From Caldilineaceae bacterium (GTDB lineage Bacteria; Chloroflexota; Anaerolineae; Caldilineales; Caldilineaceae), in contig DAOTTR010000524.1 in assembly GCA_034437715.1 (NCBI GenBank), forward strand, positions 8,987 to 72,986: 64,000 nt of DNA. The letters are read 5' to 3'. Under the pieces are notes generated by a model, which ran no database searches, was not told the origin of the DNA, and worked only from the letters and a program-made list of their open reading frames with translations. Below, piece by piece: positions 47,191 to 56,937 of this stretch (position 1 is its first letter; each line of letters begins with the position of its first letter). The translations under genes and the position numbers were made by a program.

Positions 47191-48408
47191 ATGAAACAAT
47201 GTTTGTTATTGCCCATTTTCTTCTTCACCATGGCCCTGTTTGGGGCCTGTGCGATCACGCCGGTTGCGCCAGGGGAAACTCCGGCTGCGCTAGAGACATC
47301 CGACGCGACCATCACCGCCACCGAAAATATTACCGCGGCTTCTACCTTGACCGACAACGTGGCGATGACACCGACTGCTGTACTAACGGCTACCCCTGTC
47401 CCCGCTGATACGCTCGTCGTGACAGCAACGCCCGTGCTCACGCCCACCGCCGCCGTGACGGCAGCCGAGGTGCAAACTGGCACGCTGGCCGCGCTCGTAG
47501 CGGCTCGTCCGGAGTTTAGCACATTGAATGCGGCGATTGCCGCCGTGAATCTGACCGATGAACTGGGCTCAGATACAACCTTCTATACGCTCTTTGCGCC
47601 CACGGATGACGCGTTTGCGGCCTTACCGGCTGGCATCTTGGATACACTGCTGGCGAACCCGCCGCTATTGACCAGCCTCCTCCAGAATCATTTGTTAATT
47701 GAAGAGCTCGACGCCGCCGGTCTTGTGCGCCTGGGCAGTGTGTTGAGTGCCTTTGGTGCGACATTGCCTATCACCTTGACGGCGGATGGCGTGGTGCAGG
47801 TGGCTGCTGCCACCGTGATTGAGGCTGATATAATGGCGACTAACGGCATGATTCATGCGATTGACACGGTCCTGCTACCCGCTGATCTGGTGATCGCCCC
47901 CACCATAGCTGCCGCAAGTGTGGCGCCGACCGTGGCCGTAACAACGACGCAATTGGTGACCACAACCGCACAGATTGTCACAATGAATACGGCTGAGATG
48001 ACGATTGGTGAAGTGATCAGCGCCACAGCAGATCTAGACCTGCTGGAAACCGCGCTGGGGGCGGCTGGTCTGTTGCCAGCGCTGGAAGTAGCCGGTGAAT
48101 TGACTGTTTTTGCACCGACTAATGCAGCCTTTGAGGCGATTCCGGCGGCCCAATTGCAGACCCTGCTCAACACAACGGGTGACTTAGCCGCTGTGTTGCA
48201 ATATCATCTCGTGGCGGATAATGTGCTGGCCGCCGACTTAGTACGCCTTGGCTCGGCGCTCTCCACATCCAGTCAACCGATTACGATTACCACGGCTGCC
48301 GATGGCACGGTGTTGGTCAATCAGGCCCAGATTGTGCAGGCAGATATTATTGCGGCCAACGGGGTGATTCATCTGATCGATGTTGTCTTAACGCCGCCTG
48401 CACAGTAA
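47191..48408 (+). CDS. fasciclin (FAS1 x2) domain lipoprotein
   Basis: Signal/lipobox-like MKQCLLLPIFFFTMALFGAC with SD AAGGAG. T/A/V-rich linker. Two FAS1 domains (TLFAPTDDAFAALP, TVFAPTNAAFEAIP). Confidence 0.8.
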   Translation: MKQCLLLPIFFFTMALFGACAITPVAPGETPAALETSDATITATENITAASTLTDNVAMTPTAVLTATPVPADTLVVTATPVLTPTAAVTAAEVQTGTLAALVAARPEFSTLNAAIAAVNLTDELGSDTTFYTLFAPTDDAFAALPAGILDTLLANPPLLTSLLQNHLLIEELDAAGLVRLGSVLSAFGATLPITLTADGVVQVAAATVIEADIMATNGMIHAIDTVLLPADLVIAPTIAAASVAPTVAVTTTQLVTTTAQIVTMNTAEMTIGEVISATADLDLLETALGAAGLLPALEVAGELTVFAPTNAAFEAIPAAQLQTLLNTTGDLAAVLQYHLVADNVLAADLVRLGSALSTSSQPITITTAADGTVLVNQAQIVQADIIAANGVIHLIDVVLTPPAQ

Positions 48409-48417
48409 GAAGCCGAT

Positions 48418-49296
48418 TTAGCGTGGTATGAGGTAGAAGAGGTGCAAGACAAGGAAGCCAAGAAAGCCAATTGAGGTAAAGGTGTTAATGCGCATTACCT
48501 TGCGAAAATTGGCAAGCACGTCGGTACTGTCAAAATTTGTTGCCCACTGCATAGTCGCAACTAGGAGGGTGCCATAAAAGATTGCCACGATCACTGCCTG
48601 GAGTGGCCCCAATACCTGGCTAATCACGCCGATCAAGAGTAGCGCTGCTAGCGCTTGCACGCTGATCGCAAAACGAAAGGTCTGTTGTGGGCCCACCCAG
48701 GCCGCGAAGGTAAGATCCCCACGTGCTAAATCCTCTTTGATTTGGTAGATCTGTGTAATGGGATAAAAACCAACTGTCACCAATGCAACGGCTACAATAC
48801 CCACCCAATCCATTATACTGAGCTGCGTAAGATGAGGATTCCCTGTCACCCATCCCCCTAGCGCAGCCAATATTCCTTGACCAATGCCTACGGTCATCAG
48901 CCCTAGCAGTGGATGTCCTTTAAAGCGCGTTCGTGGATGCGAATAAGCCATACCCATCACAAGAATGATCACATAGATGAGCAGAAGAGGTAAATTGACG
49001 GCTGTTGCTAAGAGGGCCCCGATAGCTTGTATACCCAAGGCAAAAGGAAGCAGCGTGGATACCGGCAGGGGCGGTTTCTCCAGCCCACCGATAGGTCCTT
49101 CATCGCGGTCATAGTAGGAGTTATAGGCTGTGGTGCCGCCATACAAAAAGATGTGAAAAGCCACAAAAGCTATCCAGAATTTAGGGTCGGGATATTGACC
49201 TGCCAGTAGATAGCCCCAGACAAAAATGGGCGCTAACAGAAGTTGATAGTGTAGGCGTAGATGAGTCAGCCAATTGCGTAGCGCTTGTTGGTTCAT
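48418..49296 (-). CDS. UbiA-family prenyltransferase
   Basis: About 8 TM segments and an Asp-rich motif (YNSYYDRDEG). ATG 49296 was chosen over the track start 49425. Confidence 0.8.
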   Translation of the reverse strand: MNQQALRNWLTHLRLHYQLLLAPIFVWGYLLAGQYPDPKFWIAFVAFHIFLYGGTTAYNSYYDRDEGPIGGLEKPPLPVSTLLPFALGIQAIGALLATAVNLPLLLIYVIILVMGMAYSHPRTRFKGHPLLGLMTVGIGQGILAALGGWVTGNPHLTQLSIMDWVGIVAVALVTVGFYPITQIYQIKEDLARGDLTFAAWVGPQQTFRFAISVQALAALLLIGVISQVLGPLQAVIVAIFYGTLLVATMQWATNFDSTDVLANFRKVMRINTFTSIGFLGFLVLHLFYLIPR

Positions 49297-49389
49297 TGGT
49301 TTACTCCATTCCAGAGACACACGACAAACAACTGAGGCTAGTATACCATAGTTAAAGTTCAGTAATACCGACAGCCGGAGGGCAAAACA

Positions 49390-50694
49390 ATGAACATCGC
49401 AGGGCAGACGTACCGAACAAATCACAAATCATTCGCCAACTCACCATCCCACTGGCCCGCCGTCGCTATGTTGTCATTTGGGACAGCATTACCCGCTTAT
49501 CAAGTCGCACAAACACAGATCGGTGAATGGATGGCTAACTCACTAGAACACCAACCTGCCATGAGACGTTTACTGCATAGCCTGCACATTAATTCAGCCA
49601 TTGACGCGCGCTATTCCTGTTGCGCAGATTATTTGCAGCCCCCCACCGCATCGCGGTTTGCCCCTGGTCAGCCCTATGATGGTGCCCCAACAACCGCAGA
49701 GCGCATGGCCATTTATACCAAGGAAGCGCCGCCACTTGGCCAAAACGCAGCACGGCGCGCCGTGGAAGCCTATGCACAAAAGTCTGGCAACACACCCGAG
49801 GCGGTACTGGCTTCGATTACACACCTGGTGGTGGTCAGTTGCACTGGTTTTTTTGCCCCAGGGCTAGATTTTGTGATCGCACGCGAACTCAAACTGGCCC
49901 CGACTGTGCACCGCAGTTTAATTGGCTTTATGGGCTGCTCTGCTGCCTTCAATGGCTTACGCTCGGCCTATGAGATTGTACGCAGTCAACCGGATGCCCG
50001 CGTCCTGGTGGTTTCTGTAGAGCTTTGTTCGCTGCATGTACAGCCCAACCCTGGCCGTGAACAGTTGATCGCGTATGCACTCTTTGGCGATGGCGCAGCG
50101 GCCTGTTTGGTCGGCCAACCGCTGCCCAGTGACAGTGCTTTCTTTCAATTAGAGAGTTTCCACACGGGTACCAAGCCGGATACTGAGTCTGAGATGGTCT
50201 GGGCTATTGGTGATTATGGTTTTACCTTGAAACTCTCGCCCAAGGTGCCCCATTACCTAGCGGAGATTGCGCCGGTTGCGTTAGAGGCACTCTTTGCCGA
50301 TCAACAACGCCCCCAGTTTTGGGCGATTCACCCCGGTGGTCGCGCCATTGTGGATCGTCTGGCCGAACTCTTTGACCTGGAGCCGGCCCAGGTTGCGGCC
50401 AGCCGTGAAATTTTACGACAGTATGGCAATCTTTCTTCTGCCACCATTCTTTTTGTGCTGGATGAGTTGCAGCGCACCCTACACTCGGCCCATCAACCGG
50501 AATCGATGGCACACACCAATGGTCATTCTCCAAGGATAGGCACGAATGGTGCCAAGGCCGCGGTACAACGGTTATCTGGCGTGGCTATGGCATTTGGCCC
50601 TGGTCTTGTGATTGAGATGGCGCGTTTGAGCTATGTACCTGTTCAGGATATAACAAATGCGCGCGCCACTGTGGCCGCGTTGGGCGTAGGCTGA
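49390..50694 (+). CDS. type III polyketide synthase (chalcone/stilbene synthase family)
   Basis: Catalytic Cys (VVSCTGFFAPG), His (WAIHPGGRAI) and Asn (YGNLSSATI). An alternative start lies at 49468. Confidence 0.9.
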   Translation: MNIAGQTYRTNHKSFANSPSHWPAVAMLSFGTALPAYQVAQTQIGEWMANSLEHQPAMRRLLHSLHINSAIDARYSCCADYLQPPTASRFAPGQPYDGAPTTAERMAIYTKEAPPLGQNAARRAVEAYAQKSGNTPEAVLASITHLVVVSCTGFFAPGLDFVIARELKLAPTVHRSLIGFMGCSAAFNGLRSAYEIVRSQPDARVLVVSVELCSLHVQPNPGREQLIAYALFGDGAAACLVGQPLPSDSAFFQLESFHTGTKPDTESEMVWAIGDYGFTLKLSPKVPHYLAEIAPVALEALFADQQRPQFWAIHPGGRAIVDRLAELFDLEPAQVAASREILRQYGNLSSATILFVLDELQRTLHSAHQPESMAHTNGHSPRIGTNGAKAAVQRLSGVAMAFGPGLVIEMARLSYVPVQDITNARATVAALGVG

Positions 50695-50719
50695 CTGCAT
50701 AGCAGACACTGGAGGTGCT

Positions 50720-51898
50720 ATGAATCAAATGCACGATGTGGTGATTGTGGGTGCAGGGCCAGCGGGCAGTGCCGCGGCCGCCGCGTTGGCACAGCGCGGG
50801 TGGGATGTGCTGCTGCTGGAACGCGATCACTTTCCCCGTCATAAAGTCTGTGGCGAATTTCTGTCGCCCGAAGCACAGGCCACGCTGCAGGCGTTGGATC
50901 TAGCAACGGCAGTCGCCGCCGGGCAACCCGTCGCACTAACCCATGCCACGGTGACGACACAGCGTGGCCAGACTGTACGCATGACCTTGCCCGGGCCCGC
51001 ATGGGGCGTTAGTCGTTTTGTCATGGACGCGGCATTGGCGGCGGCGGCCCAGCATAAAGGCGTTGCGCTCTGGAATGGTGTGACGGTGAAAGAATTTACC
51101 AAAAGTGATAACCATTATGTGCTCCAACTACAGGAACGGACGCAAGCCGGCGCCACCCTACCCCCTGCCACCGTCCGCACACGTGCGCTGATCATGGCCT
51201 GTGGTCGTCATAACATGACAGCTCTGCCGCCCCATTCTGCGCCCCACACGCGCCCCCTGGCAGTGGGCATCAAATGTCACTATGTCGATCTGCCCATGCC
51301 AGCCCAGGTCGAGCTATTTTTCTTTCCAGGGGGCTATGCTGGCCTGAACCCGGTTGAAGGTGGGCGCGCTAATTTCTGTTTCTTGCTCTCCTACGCCGCT
51401 TTTCGGCGCACCGGTCAATCGGTACTGGCTGCCTTGGCTGCGCTTGCCGAATGGAATCCGTCGATCGGGCAGAGACTGGCGGGTGGGCGCATCTTGGCCG
51501 AAACCATTGCCACCGTTGCGCCAGTTGACACAGGCCGTCCTGCCATGCCCTGGGATGGTGTGGCTTGTGTGGGTGATACGGCTGTGATGCTGCCACCCCT
51601 TTGCGGTGATGGCATGGCAATGGCATTGCGTTCGGCGGAGTTATGCGCGCCCCTGGCCGATGCTTTTCTGCACGGGGAGATAAGTCTTGCCGCATGGGCT
51701 GCCACCTATCAAAAATTGTGGCACGCCGAATTTTGTCAGCGGGTACGCACAGGACGGTTTCTGCAGCGCGTCTTGGCGCAGCCTTTGCTGGCGGATACCT
51801 TGGTGCGTTTGGGGCGGGCCGCACCGCCGTTGGCCACCTATTTTGTCAATGCAACGCGCGGCGCGCTACCCCACTATGCTCATCCAGCCACCGGATAG
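50720..51898 (+). CDS. FAD-dependent oxidoreductase (geranylgeranyl reductase / aromatic hydroxylase-like)
   Basis: DVVIVGAGPAGSAAA dinucleotide motif and a later GD motif (CVGDTA). Confidence 0.8.
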   Translation: MNQMHDVVIVGAGPAGSAAAAALAQRGWDVLLLERDHFPRHKVCGEFLSPEAQATLQALDLATAVAAGQPVALTHATVTTQRGQTVRMTLPGPAWGVSRFVMDAALAAAAQHKGVALWNGVTVKEFTKSDNHYVLQLQERTQAGATLPPATVRTRALIMACGRHNMTALPPHSAPHTRPLAVGIKCHYVDLPMPAQVELFFFPGGYAGLNPVEGGRANFCFLLSYAAFRRTGQSVLAALAALAEWNPSIGQRLAGGRILAETIATVAPVDTGRPAMPWDGVACVGDTAVMLPPLCGDGMAMALRSAELCAPLADAFLHGEISLAAWAATYQKLWHAEFCQRVRTGRFLQRVLAQPLLADTLVRLGRAAPPLATYFVNATRGALPHYAHPATG

Positions 51899-52677
51899 CC
51901 GATCACATAACTCACCCCAATCGGCGAGAGTGGGCTGCGCACTTTGCCAATCTGCCACACATACGTAACGCCGTCGGGCGAAGGTTTGAGTGACGTGACC
52001 AGCGTCGCCAACTCGCTGGTTGAATAGGTGCGCAGGCAAGAGACCATGCCGTCAAACCAGAGTACCAGCGGAATGGCCGGGAGGATAAAGGTCCAAAAGA
52101 AGCTGGCGCGCCGCCAAGGCCGGTTCAAAGGTACGGCCAGCAAAGCCAGCCAGGGCAGCAAAAACATGGTCATCAAGGCTACTGGTGTGCGCGCTGTCTG
52201 CTCGAAAATTGCAATACCTTGACCACGGGTAACGGCGTCTTGTAAAATTGCTTGCGCTTGCTCGGGCGAAAAGTGATGAAACGCAGTAAACAGGGTGCGA
52301 AAGCCGCTTAACTCGACAGGGGGCTGGGTGGCGTCAACCGGTGTCCTCACAAAGTGAAGCTGGGGTGTAGTGGCTGTTGGGTGGGCCTCGCCAGCCGCCT
52401 GATTGGGATAGAGATCGGTGAGCAAAATCTGTACCGGCTCTCCTTGGTATGTGCTGAGTTTGCCCGCTAGTGAACGCCAAGGTCCACCGCCGCCCGCACA
52501 AAGATCAATAATTCGGGTAGCCCCTGCGGCTACAAGGGCGTGCTGCAAGAGTGGGGCAACGTGTTTATATTGATTGCCAACCGTGGCAATCAAGCGTAGG
52601 CAATCGGTGGCCCCGTCACGGATCGCAGCGGGGCACCAAGGCTGTTCATGAATTTCAAGTAGGTGTCGACGTGGCAT
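51880..52677 (-). CDS. SAM-dependent methyltransferase-like protein with C-terminal TM segments
   Basis: Motif I-like IIDLCAGGGGPW. Two predicted TM helices near the C-terminus. ATG 52677 has GGAGA upstream. It overlaps the convergent gene by 19 bp. Confidence 0.6.
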   Translation of the reverse strand: MPRRHLLEIHEQPWCPAAIRDGATDCLRLIATVGNQYKHVAPLLQHALVAAGATRIIDLCAGGGGPWRSLAGKLSTYQGEPVQILLTDLYPNQAAGEAHPTATTPQLHFVRTPVDATQPPVELSGFRTLFTAFHHFSPEQAQAILQDAVTRGQGIAIFEQTARTPVALMTMFLLPWLALLAVPLNRPWRRASFFWTFILPAIPLVLWFDGMVSCLRTYSTSELATLVTSLKPSPDGVTYVWQIGKVRSPLSPIGVSYVIGYPVAG

Positions 52678-52924
52678 GTTGTGGGTATCTCCAATTTCAT
52701 CATCTGGCACTTGACCCGCAAATTGTGTGCCAGTCTAGGTGTCTGGTTGACTTTCGATCAAGCCTCTGGTAGGGTAATGGCCGAATCGCAGTGTAAAATG
52801 GCGTTCAGTATAAAGTAAAGTCTTGATAGCAAGCAGCCCGATTGATTATGATAGATAAGTGCGCAGCAATCCACAGAGCAGGGTATAAGTAGCATATACA
52901 ATCAATATACAAAGGAAATCGCTC

Positions 52925-53884
52925 ATGGCAGAGTTAACCCCTGCGCTCGAAGTTCGGCATCTTTCCAAACGTTATGCGACCGTGCAGGCGGTGAACGACC
53001 TATCGTTCGACGTGATGCGTGGCGAGATCTTTGGTCTGCTTGGCCCCAATGGTGCCGGCAAAACGACGACGATCCGCATGATTCTCGACATCATCCGCCC
53101 GAGCGCCGGAGAGATTTGCATCTTGGGAGGCGCGATGACCGAAGCAACCAAGGAGCGCATCGGTTATCTGCCCGAGGAGCGTGGCTTGTATGAAGATATG
53201 ACATTGCTCGACACCATTCTCTTTCTGGGCCAACTCAAAGGGTTGAGCCGCAAAGTGGCCCATGCCAAGACCGAACAATATCTGCGCCAGGTGAATTTAT
53301 GGGATGTGCGCACACGCAAGATCGAGGCGCTGAGTCGTGGCATGAACCAGAAGGCCCAATTTGTGGCGGCCACGATCCACGAGCCCGAATTGATTATCAT
53401 CGATGAGCCTTTTAGCGGGCTGGATCCGGTCAACACGCGCGTGGTGAAGGATCTCCTCTATACCATGCGCGATCGCGGCATGGCGATTATTATGTGTACG
53501 CACCAGATGCACCAAGTGGAGGAGATGTGTGAACGCATTCTCCTGGTTGACCGGGGTCAACAAGTGTTATATGGTTCGCTGCAAGAGATTCGTCGCCGCT
53601 TTGCCGCCAACATTGTCGAAGTTGACCTGCGCGGAGATTTGCCACCGCTAGATGGCGTGGCGCAAGTCACAACGCAGAATGGTCGCTATCGTCTCTTACT
53701 ACGCGAAGGACTACAGCCAGAAGCGCTACTTAAAACATTGGTCAATCTACCGGCCATTACCGTGGAGCGCTTTGAGCGCGTCGAACCATCGCTTGATGAG
53801 ATTTTTGTGAAGGTGGTCGGCCGCGAACTGAGCGCCGAGGAAGTGGCGACCACCGATAACCGCCACATGCAGGGGTCAGCATGA
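52925..53884 (+). CDS. ABC transporter ATP-binding protein
   Basis: Walker A GPNGAGKT, signature LSRGMNQK, Walker B LIIIDEP. Confidence 0.9.
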   Translation: MAELTPALEVRHLSKRYATVQAVNDLSFDVMRGEIFGLLGPNGAGKTTTIRMILDIIRPSAGEICILGGAMTEATKERIGYLPEERGLYEDMTLLDTILFLGQLKGLSRKVAHAKTEQYLRQVNLWDVRTRKIEALSRGMNQKAQFVAATIHEPELIIIDEPFSGLDPVNTRVVKDLLYTMRDRGMAIIMCTHQMHQVEEMCERILLVDRGQQVLYGSLQEIRRRFAANIVEVDLRGDLPPLDGVAQVTTQNGRYRLLLREGLQPEALLKTLVNLPAITVERFERVEPSLDEIFVKVVGRELSAEEVATTDNRHMQGSA

Positions 53885-55098
53885 GAAAAATCTGGTTGGT
53901 CGCTAGCGCCACCTATTGGCGGCGGGTGCGTTCCAGTGCCTTTCTCGTCTTGACCTTGGCGCTGCCGTTGGTGATGGTCGTGGCCGGGTCTGTGCCTTTT
54001 TGGCTTGCCACACGCGAACAGGGTCTGACTACGCTGGGGGTTGTTGATCAAACGGGCAAGCTGGCCGCGCTTTTTGCTGAACCATTGCCAGGGGATGCCA
54101 ACGCAGAACCAGGGTTGGCGTTGCGCGCCTTTGCCGATATCGAGGCCGCCACCGTCGCTAGCGCCAGCCGTGCGATCGACGCCTTTTTGGTGATTCCACC
54201 CAATTATTTTACGGGCACACCCCCCATTTTCTATGGCACAGAGCGGCTCAACGATCGCTGGGAGGCTGCCCTGGATCATCGGTTGCGGCGTGCCCAACTG
54301 CCCGATGCACCAGCGTGGCTTCTGGCACGCCTGGCTGAGCCCTCGGTGCGCACCTATGTCGCACGCAACAGTGGCGTGCGCGTGCCCCAAGGCCCGTCCC
54401 TGCTGATCCGCATCTTCTTTCCGGGGGCGCTAGGCTTGGCCTTTGCGTTGGTGGTCTTTACCGGTGCTGGCCAAATGGGGGCCGCCATGGTGCGCGAGAA
54501 AGATCAGCGCGCACTAGAGATGGTGATCACCTCGCTGTCGGTGCGCGAACTATTGATGGGCAAGGTGCTTGGCATGAGTCTATTGAGTCTCACGCAGATG
54601 GGGATATGGCTGTTGGGCGCGCTCATCGCCGCGGCGCTGGCGTTTTGGGGTGACTTGGCCGTGGGCGCGTGGAGCATCTCTGGACAGGCTGTGTTGTGGG
54701 CAGTCTTGCTCGGTGTGCCGGGTTATCTCTTATATGCTGTATTGGGAGCTGGGCTGGGCATCATTGCGGGTGACGGGCAACAGGCACAGCAGTTGGCGGG
54801 CATGCTCAGCTTCTTTGGGTTGGCACCACTCTGGCTGTTGGGATTGGTTGCGGGCGAACCGAATGGGCAGTTGGCGGTCGCGCTCAGCCTCTTTCCGCTG
54901 ACCGCACCCACCCTCAATCTTTTCCGCATGGCGCTGACCCCTGTGCCGACCTGGCAATTGAGTGCAGCCCTGGGCCTGATCCTGGTGAGTCTATTCGTCA
55001 GCACCTGGTTTGTGGCGCGCATCTTCCGCAGCGTGATGTTGCTGTATGGTCAGCGTATTCGTCCGCGTCAGGTGTGGCAGGCATTGCGTAGTGCATAG
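53881..55098 (+). CDS. ABC-2 (NatB-like) transporter permease
   Basis: ATGA start/stop overlap with the ATPase gene. One TM segment, a large loop, then 5 TM segments. Confidence 0.8.
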   Translation: MRKIWLVASATYWRRVRSSAFLVLTLALPLVMVVAGSVPFWLATREQGLTTLGVVDQTGKLAALFAEPLPGDANAEPGLALRAFADIEAATVASASRAIDAFLVIPPNYFTGTPPIFYGTERLNDRWEAALDHRLRRAQLPDAPAWLLARLAEPSVRTYVARNSGVRVPQGPSLLIRIFFPGALGLAFALVVFTGAGQMGAAMVREKDQRALEMVITSLSVRELLMGKVLGMSLLSLTQMGIWLLGALIAAALAFWGDLAVGAWSISGQAVLWAVLLGVPGYLLYAVLGAGLGIIAGDGQQAQQLAGMLSFFGLAPLWLLGLVAGEPNGQLAVALSLFPLTAPTLNLFRMALTPVPTWQLSAALGLILVSLFVSTWFVARIFRSVMLLYGQRIRPRQVWQALRSA

Positions 55099-55128
55099 AA
55101 ACTTGGCTATTGTAAGCAAAGGGAGTCA

Positions 55129-56403
55129 TTGGCATTGAACAAGACGCTTCTAGTGGGCCTGCGTGAATTTCGCCAACGGATCCGTTCCCGTGGGTTTTGG
55201 CTGGGGTTGCTGGGGTTGCCAATGACCTTTCTCATTATCTGGGCAGTCACCACCATTTCTAATGCCGAAATACGGTCGGCCCCACCGTCGCCCATGTCGC
55301 CCATGCCAGCGCGCCCGCGCAACACGATCATCGTGACCGTTGGCTATGTGGATCAGGCCGATCTGATTCAAGGCAGACCAGCAGATGCAGCGGTTGGCCG
55401 TCTGACCACGCGCTTTAGCGCATTTCCGGATACCGCCAGCGCCGAACGATCGCTGCGGCGTGGCACGCTGATCGCCTATTATGTGATCGCGCCAGATTAT
55501 CGCACAACCGGTGCTGTGGAACGTGTGAGCCACCAACTGCCGGCGATTGCCGCGCCATTGGATGCTGAACAATTTGATCAAGTGTTGCTTGCCAATCTGT
55601 TGCCCCACCTGGATGATGGCGAGCGTACACGCCTGCGCCGTCCCTTCAATGGCGGTAGCCCGACCTTTGTGGATGTGAGCGCAAGCCAGATGGCGACAGG
55701 CGAGCCAGGGGATCTGAATTTTCTGCCTTTCTTGGTGACCGTTTTGATTATGACGCCGCTCTTTACCAGTGGGAGCTATCTGTTGCAGAGTCTGTTGCAA
55801 GAGAAAAGCAGCCGGGTGATGGAAGTCTTGTTGCTGTCACTGCGTCCCACCCAACTACTCACGGGCAAGCTGTTGGGCCTGAGTTTGCTGACCTTGGTGC
55901 AATACCTGATCTGGGCTGTTTTTGGCTGGCTTGTCTTCGCCGCCGGTAGAACCGATTTTACGACCACCCTGGCTACGAGCAACTTGTCCACGGCGGATTT
56001 GGGCTTGTTCCTGCTCTATGCGTTTGGTGGCTATCTACTCTATGCGACCGTCATGGCCGGAATTGGGGCCTTGGCGCCCAATTTGGAGAACAGTCGCGCG
56101 TGGGTCTTTATTGTGAGCCTGCCAATTTTGATTCCCTTTTATTTGTGGACCGTGATTGTAGCGGCACCCGATGACCGCCTGGCTACGACGTTGAGTTTGG
56201 TGCCTTTTTCTGCACCGGTTGCCATGTTGTTGCGCATTGGCGTGACAACCGTTCCCCTTTGGCAACATGTTTTCAGTCTAACGTTGCTGGCGCTGACTGG
56301 ACTGGGGGCCGTTTGGCTGATGGCGCGTCTCTTTCGGGCGCAAACGCTACTCAGCGGCGAGTCGCTTTCCCTACGGCGCGCATGGGCCGCCTTGACCACC
56401 TGA
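55129..56403 (+). CDS. ABC-2 (NatB-like) transporter permease
   Basis: TTG start. Same topology as the preceding permease. Confidence 0.75.
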   Translation: MALNKTLLVGLREFRQRIRSRGFWLGLLGLPMTFLIIWAVTTISNAEIRSAPPSPMSPMPARPRNTIIVTVGYVDQADLIQGRPADAAVGRLTTRFSAFPDTASAERSLRRGTLIAYYVIAPDYRTTGAVERVSHQLPAIAAPLDAEQFDQVLLANLLPHLDDGERTRLRRPFNGGSPTFVDVSASQMATGEPGDLNFLPFLVTVLIMTPLFTSGSYLLQSLLQEKSSRVMEVLLLSLRPTQLLTGKLLGLSLLTLVQYLIWAVFGWLVFAAGRTDFTTTLATSNLSTADLGLFLLYAFGGYLLYATVMAGIGALAPNLENSRAWVFIVSLPILIPFYLWTVIVAAPDDRLATTLSLVPFSAPVAMLLRIGVTTVPLWQHVFSLTLLALTGLGAVWLMARLFRAQTLLSGESLSLRRAWAALTT

Positions 56404-56550
56404 CCAAGGCTTTGCCGCCATCCGGCGGCGTTCCCAGGCGTGAAAACCGCGGCATGAAGCGTTACCTTTTTTATGGCTGGATATGCGACTGGATCAGGTT
56501 TTTGTGTTAGGGTAGTATAGTTTTACTACGAGAAGGAAAGGGGGGAAATC

Positions 56551-56937
56551 ATGGACCGTGCTTGGCTCGGCTTTGCGGCAATTGTTGTCTTTGCTTTATT
56601 ACTTGTGTTCTTTTTTGCTGCTGTGGCCATTGCCCCAACGGTCGCCACTGTCGCAACTGTCGCAACTGTGTCGGGGCCAGCCGCGGCTAGCCAACCGATC
56701 GTTTTGGCAACAGTTGCCGGGGGCACGGGCGCAGTCTCGGCATCTAGCGCCCCAGCCAGCCAAACGGGGGTAGGCCAAACCCCGGTCGTCACCCATACGA
56801 TTCAAACCGGCGAATGGCTGAGTAGTGTTGCGCGTCAATACAATACGACAGTCCCGGCGATTTTGGCCGCCAATTCTCAGATTACTGATTCAGACACTGT
56901 TCGCCCAGGCCAGGTGATCCGCATCCCCACGCCCTAG
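56551..56937 (+). CDS. membrane-anchored LysM domain protein
   Basis: TM anchor, (VAT)n linker, then LysM (HTIQTGEWLSSVARQYNTTVPAILAAN). Confidence 0.75.
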   Translation: MDRAWLGFAAIVVFALLLVFFFAAVAIAPTVATVATVATVSGPAAASQPIVLATVAGGTGAVSASSAPASQTGVGQTPVVTHTIQTGEWLSSVARQYNTTVPAILAANSQITDSDTVRPGQVIRIPTP

